Shown: positions 63,033 through 64,000 of the stretch, one piece after another
How the letters are laid out: each line of letters opens with the position of its first letter
How positions within the stretch are numbered: the stretch's first letter is position 1
Source: Isurus oxyrinchus
Taxonomy: Eukaryota
Length of the DNA stretch: 64,000 nt
NCBI GenBank assembly: GCA_026770705.1
Contig: JANJGN010000013.1
Location: 42,904,001 to 42,968,000, forward strand
Direction of reading: 5' to 3'
Position numbers and translations under genes: made by a program
Notes under the pieces: generated by a model
What the model saw: the letters and a program-made list of their open reading frames with translations, nothing else
The model's database searches: none
Told to the model about the DNA's origin: nothing

Positions 63033-64000
63033 TTACATTTTCTTGACCGTCCTAACCCTGCTGCTCCATTTTTTTGCTCCCCAGATATCCACAGTGGAGG
63101 TGGAGGCAGCCTGCTGACTGCTACACCCTGTCTGTGATGACGTTGATGGGCATCTTCTGGAGGGCCAAGACCTGGAGGGCCCCAGCCTGCTTTCGGGGTC
63201 CTGCTGTGTTGCAATAGCATCCACCTCAGCCTGTGGAGCTGGAGCTGTTGATGTCACAGGAAGAGGGAATTTGGATGGGCTGGACACTCCTGAAATCACC
63301 TGGGTAGCTGCCCCAGGGTGTGCACCTGCTGACCTTCCTCCCTATGTCTGCCTGAGGGCCCTTGGCTGACTCCTTGAGGAGAAGGGGAAGCTGGAGTGAG
63401 ATCGAGGTGCCTCGCACCCCTCTCATGTTGACATTGTTGGAAGCCAACTATGGCATCAGCGATGGAGTTCAGCCCATGTAGCAGTGCAGGATCAATGTCC
63501 TGGACCAAAGTCTCCATGGCGGCCGCCATGCTACCAGTGTTGACCTTGGTGTATTGGCAAGCTGGCACTACCACCCAGACTGAAGGTGGACAGACTCCCC
63601 CATCGTGCCTTGCAATCTGAGGAGTGCAGTGGACATCCCTTCCTGGTGTTCCTGATCTTGCCTTTGCAGCTCCAGCAACTGTGACATGACCAATTCCAAA
63701 GGCTCGACACCTGACTTGGGCTCAGCAGTTTTCTGGCCTCCAGCGGTCCTCCGAGTGCTGGAAACCTAGGAAGTCCCTGCTGCAGCCTGCTGTGGATCAG
63801 ACTGTGTGATGTGCTCACCAGATTGTAAACTTGAGGCTACTCTAAAGCTAGACCCCACTGAGATGTGTATCTGCACTTGTGGAGGGCGTGGGTGAGCGCT
63901 GTTACTGGTCTGTGATTAGGGTGTCAACAGATTCTTCTTCCGAGGTGTGTTCAGGGCTTTGAGTCAAGGTCCGAGGTTGTGGACCACCTTGGCTTTTTCC
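63033..64000 (-). pseudogene. Harbinger Myb/SANT-like gene, last exon, disrupted
   Basis: MAAAMETLVQDIDPALLHGLNSIADAIVG and ATQQDPESR, homologous to 10357-11289. Confidence 0.85.

Larger units (their letters stand above)
58640..64000. mobile_element. PIF/Harbinger transposon copy 4 (left TIR eroded, runs off the window)
   Basis: Colinear with copy 2 (18330-22260). Confidence 0.88.

Overview
A eukaryotic, repeat-dominated window with no intact host protein-coding gene. The repeat repertoire (Deu-domain SINEs, CR1, L2, RTE, Penelope-like elements, two-gene Harbinger transposons) suggests a cartilaginous fish; this is inference. Main contents: (1) four related, decayed PIF/Harbinger transposons (DDE transposase convergent with a spliced Myb/SANT-like gene), a fragment of a second Harbinger family and several MITEs; (2) a young 2.8-kb fold-back Penelope-like insertion with a 13-bp target-site duplication (TSD), plus at least seven short Penelope terminal insertions, all carrying a minimal type I hammerhead ribozyme motif, with an atypical CUGUCGA core in the youngest subfamily; (3) solo LTRs; (4) two decayed host-gene coiled-coil fragments, one UACA-like and abutting a Harbinger transposase, one CEP152-like and exactly filling the gap between two LTR-like repeats; (5) a ~500-bp local duplication whose 5' flank has diverged while a 115-bp hairpin-containing core is identical. 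Family and gene assignments come from recalled sequences, not database searches. Most short ORFs in the supplied track are shadows of these repeats.
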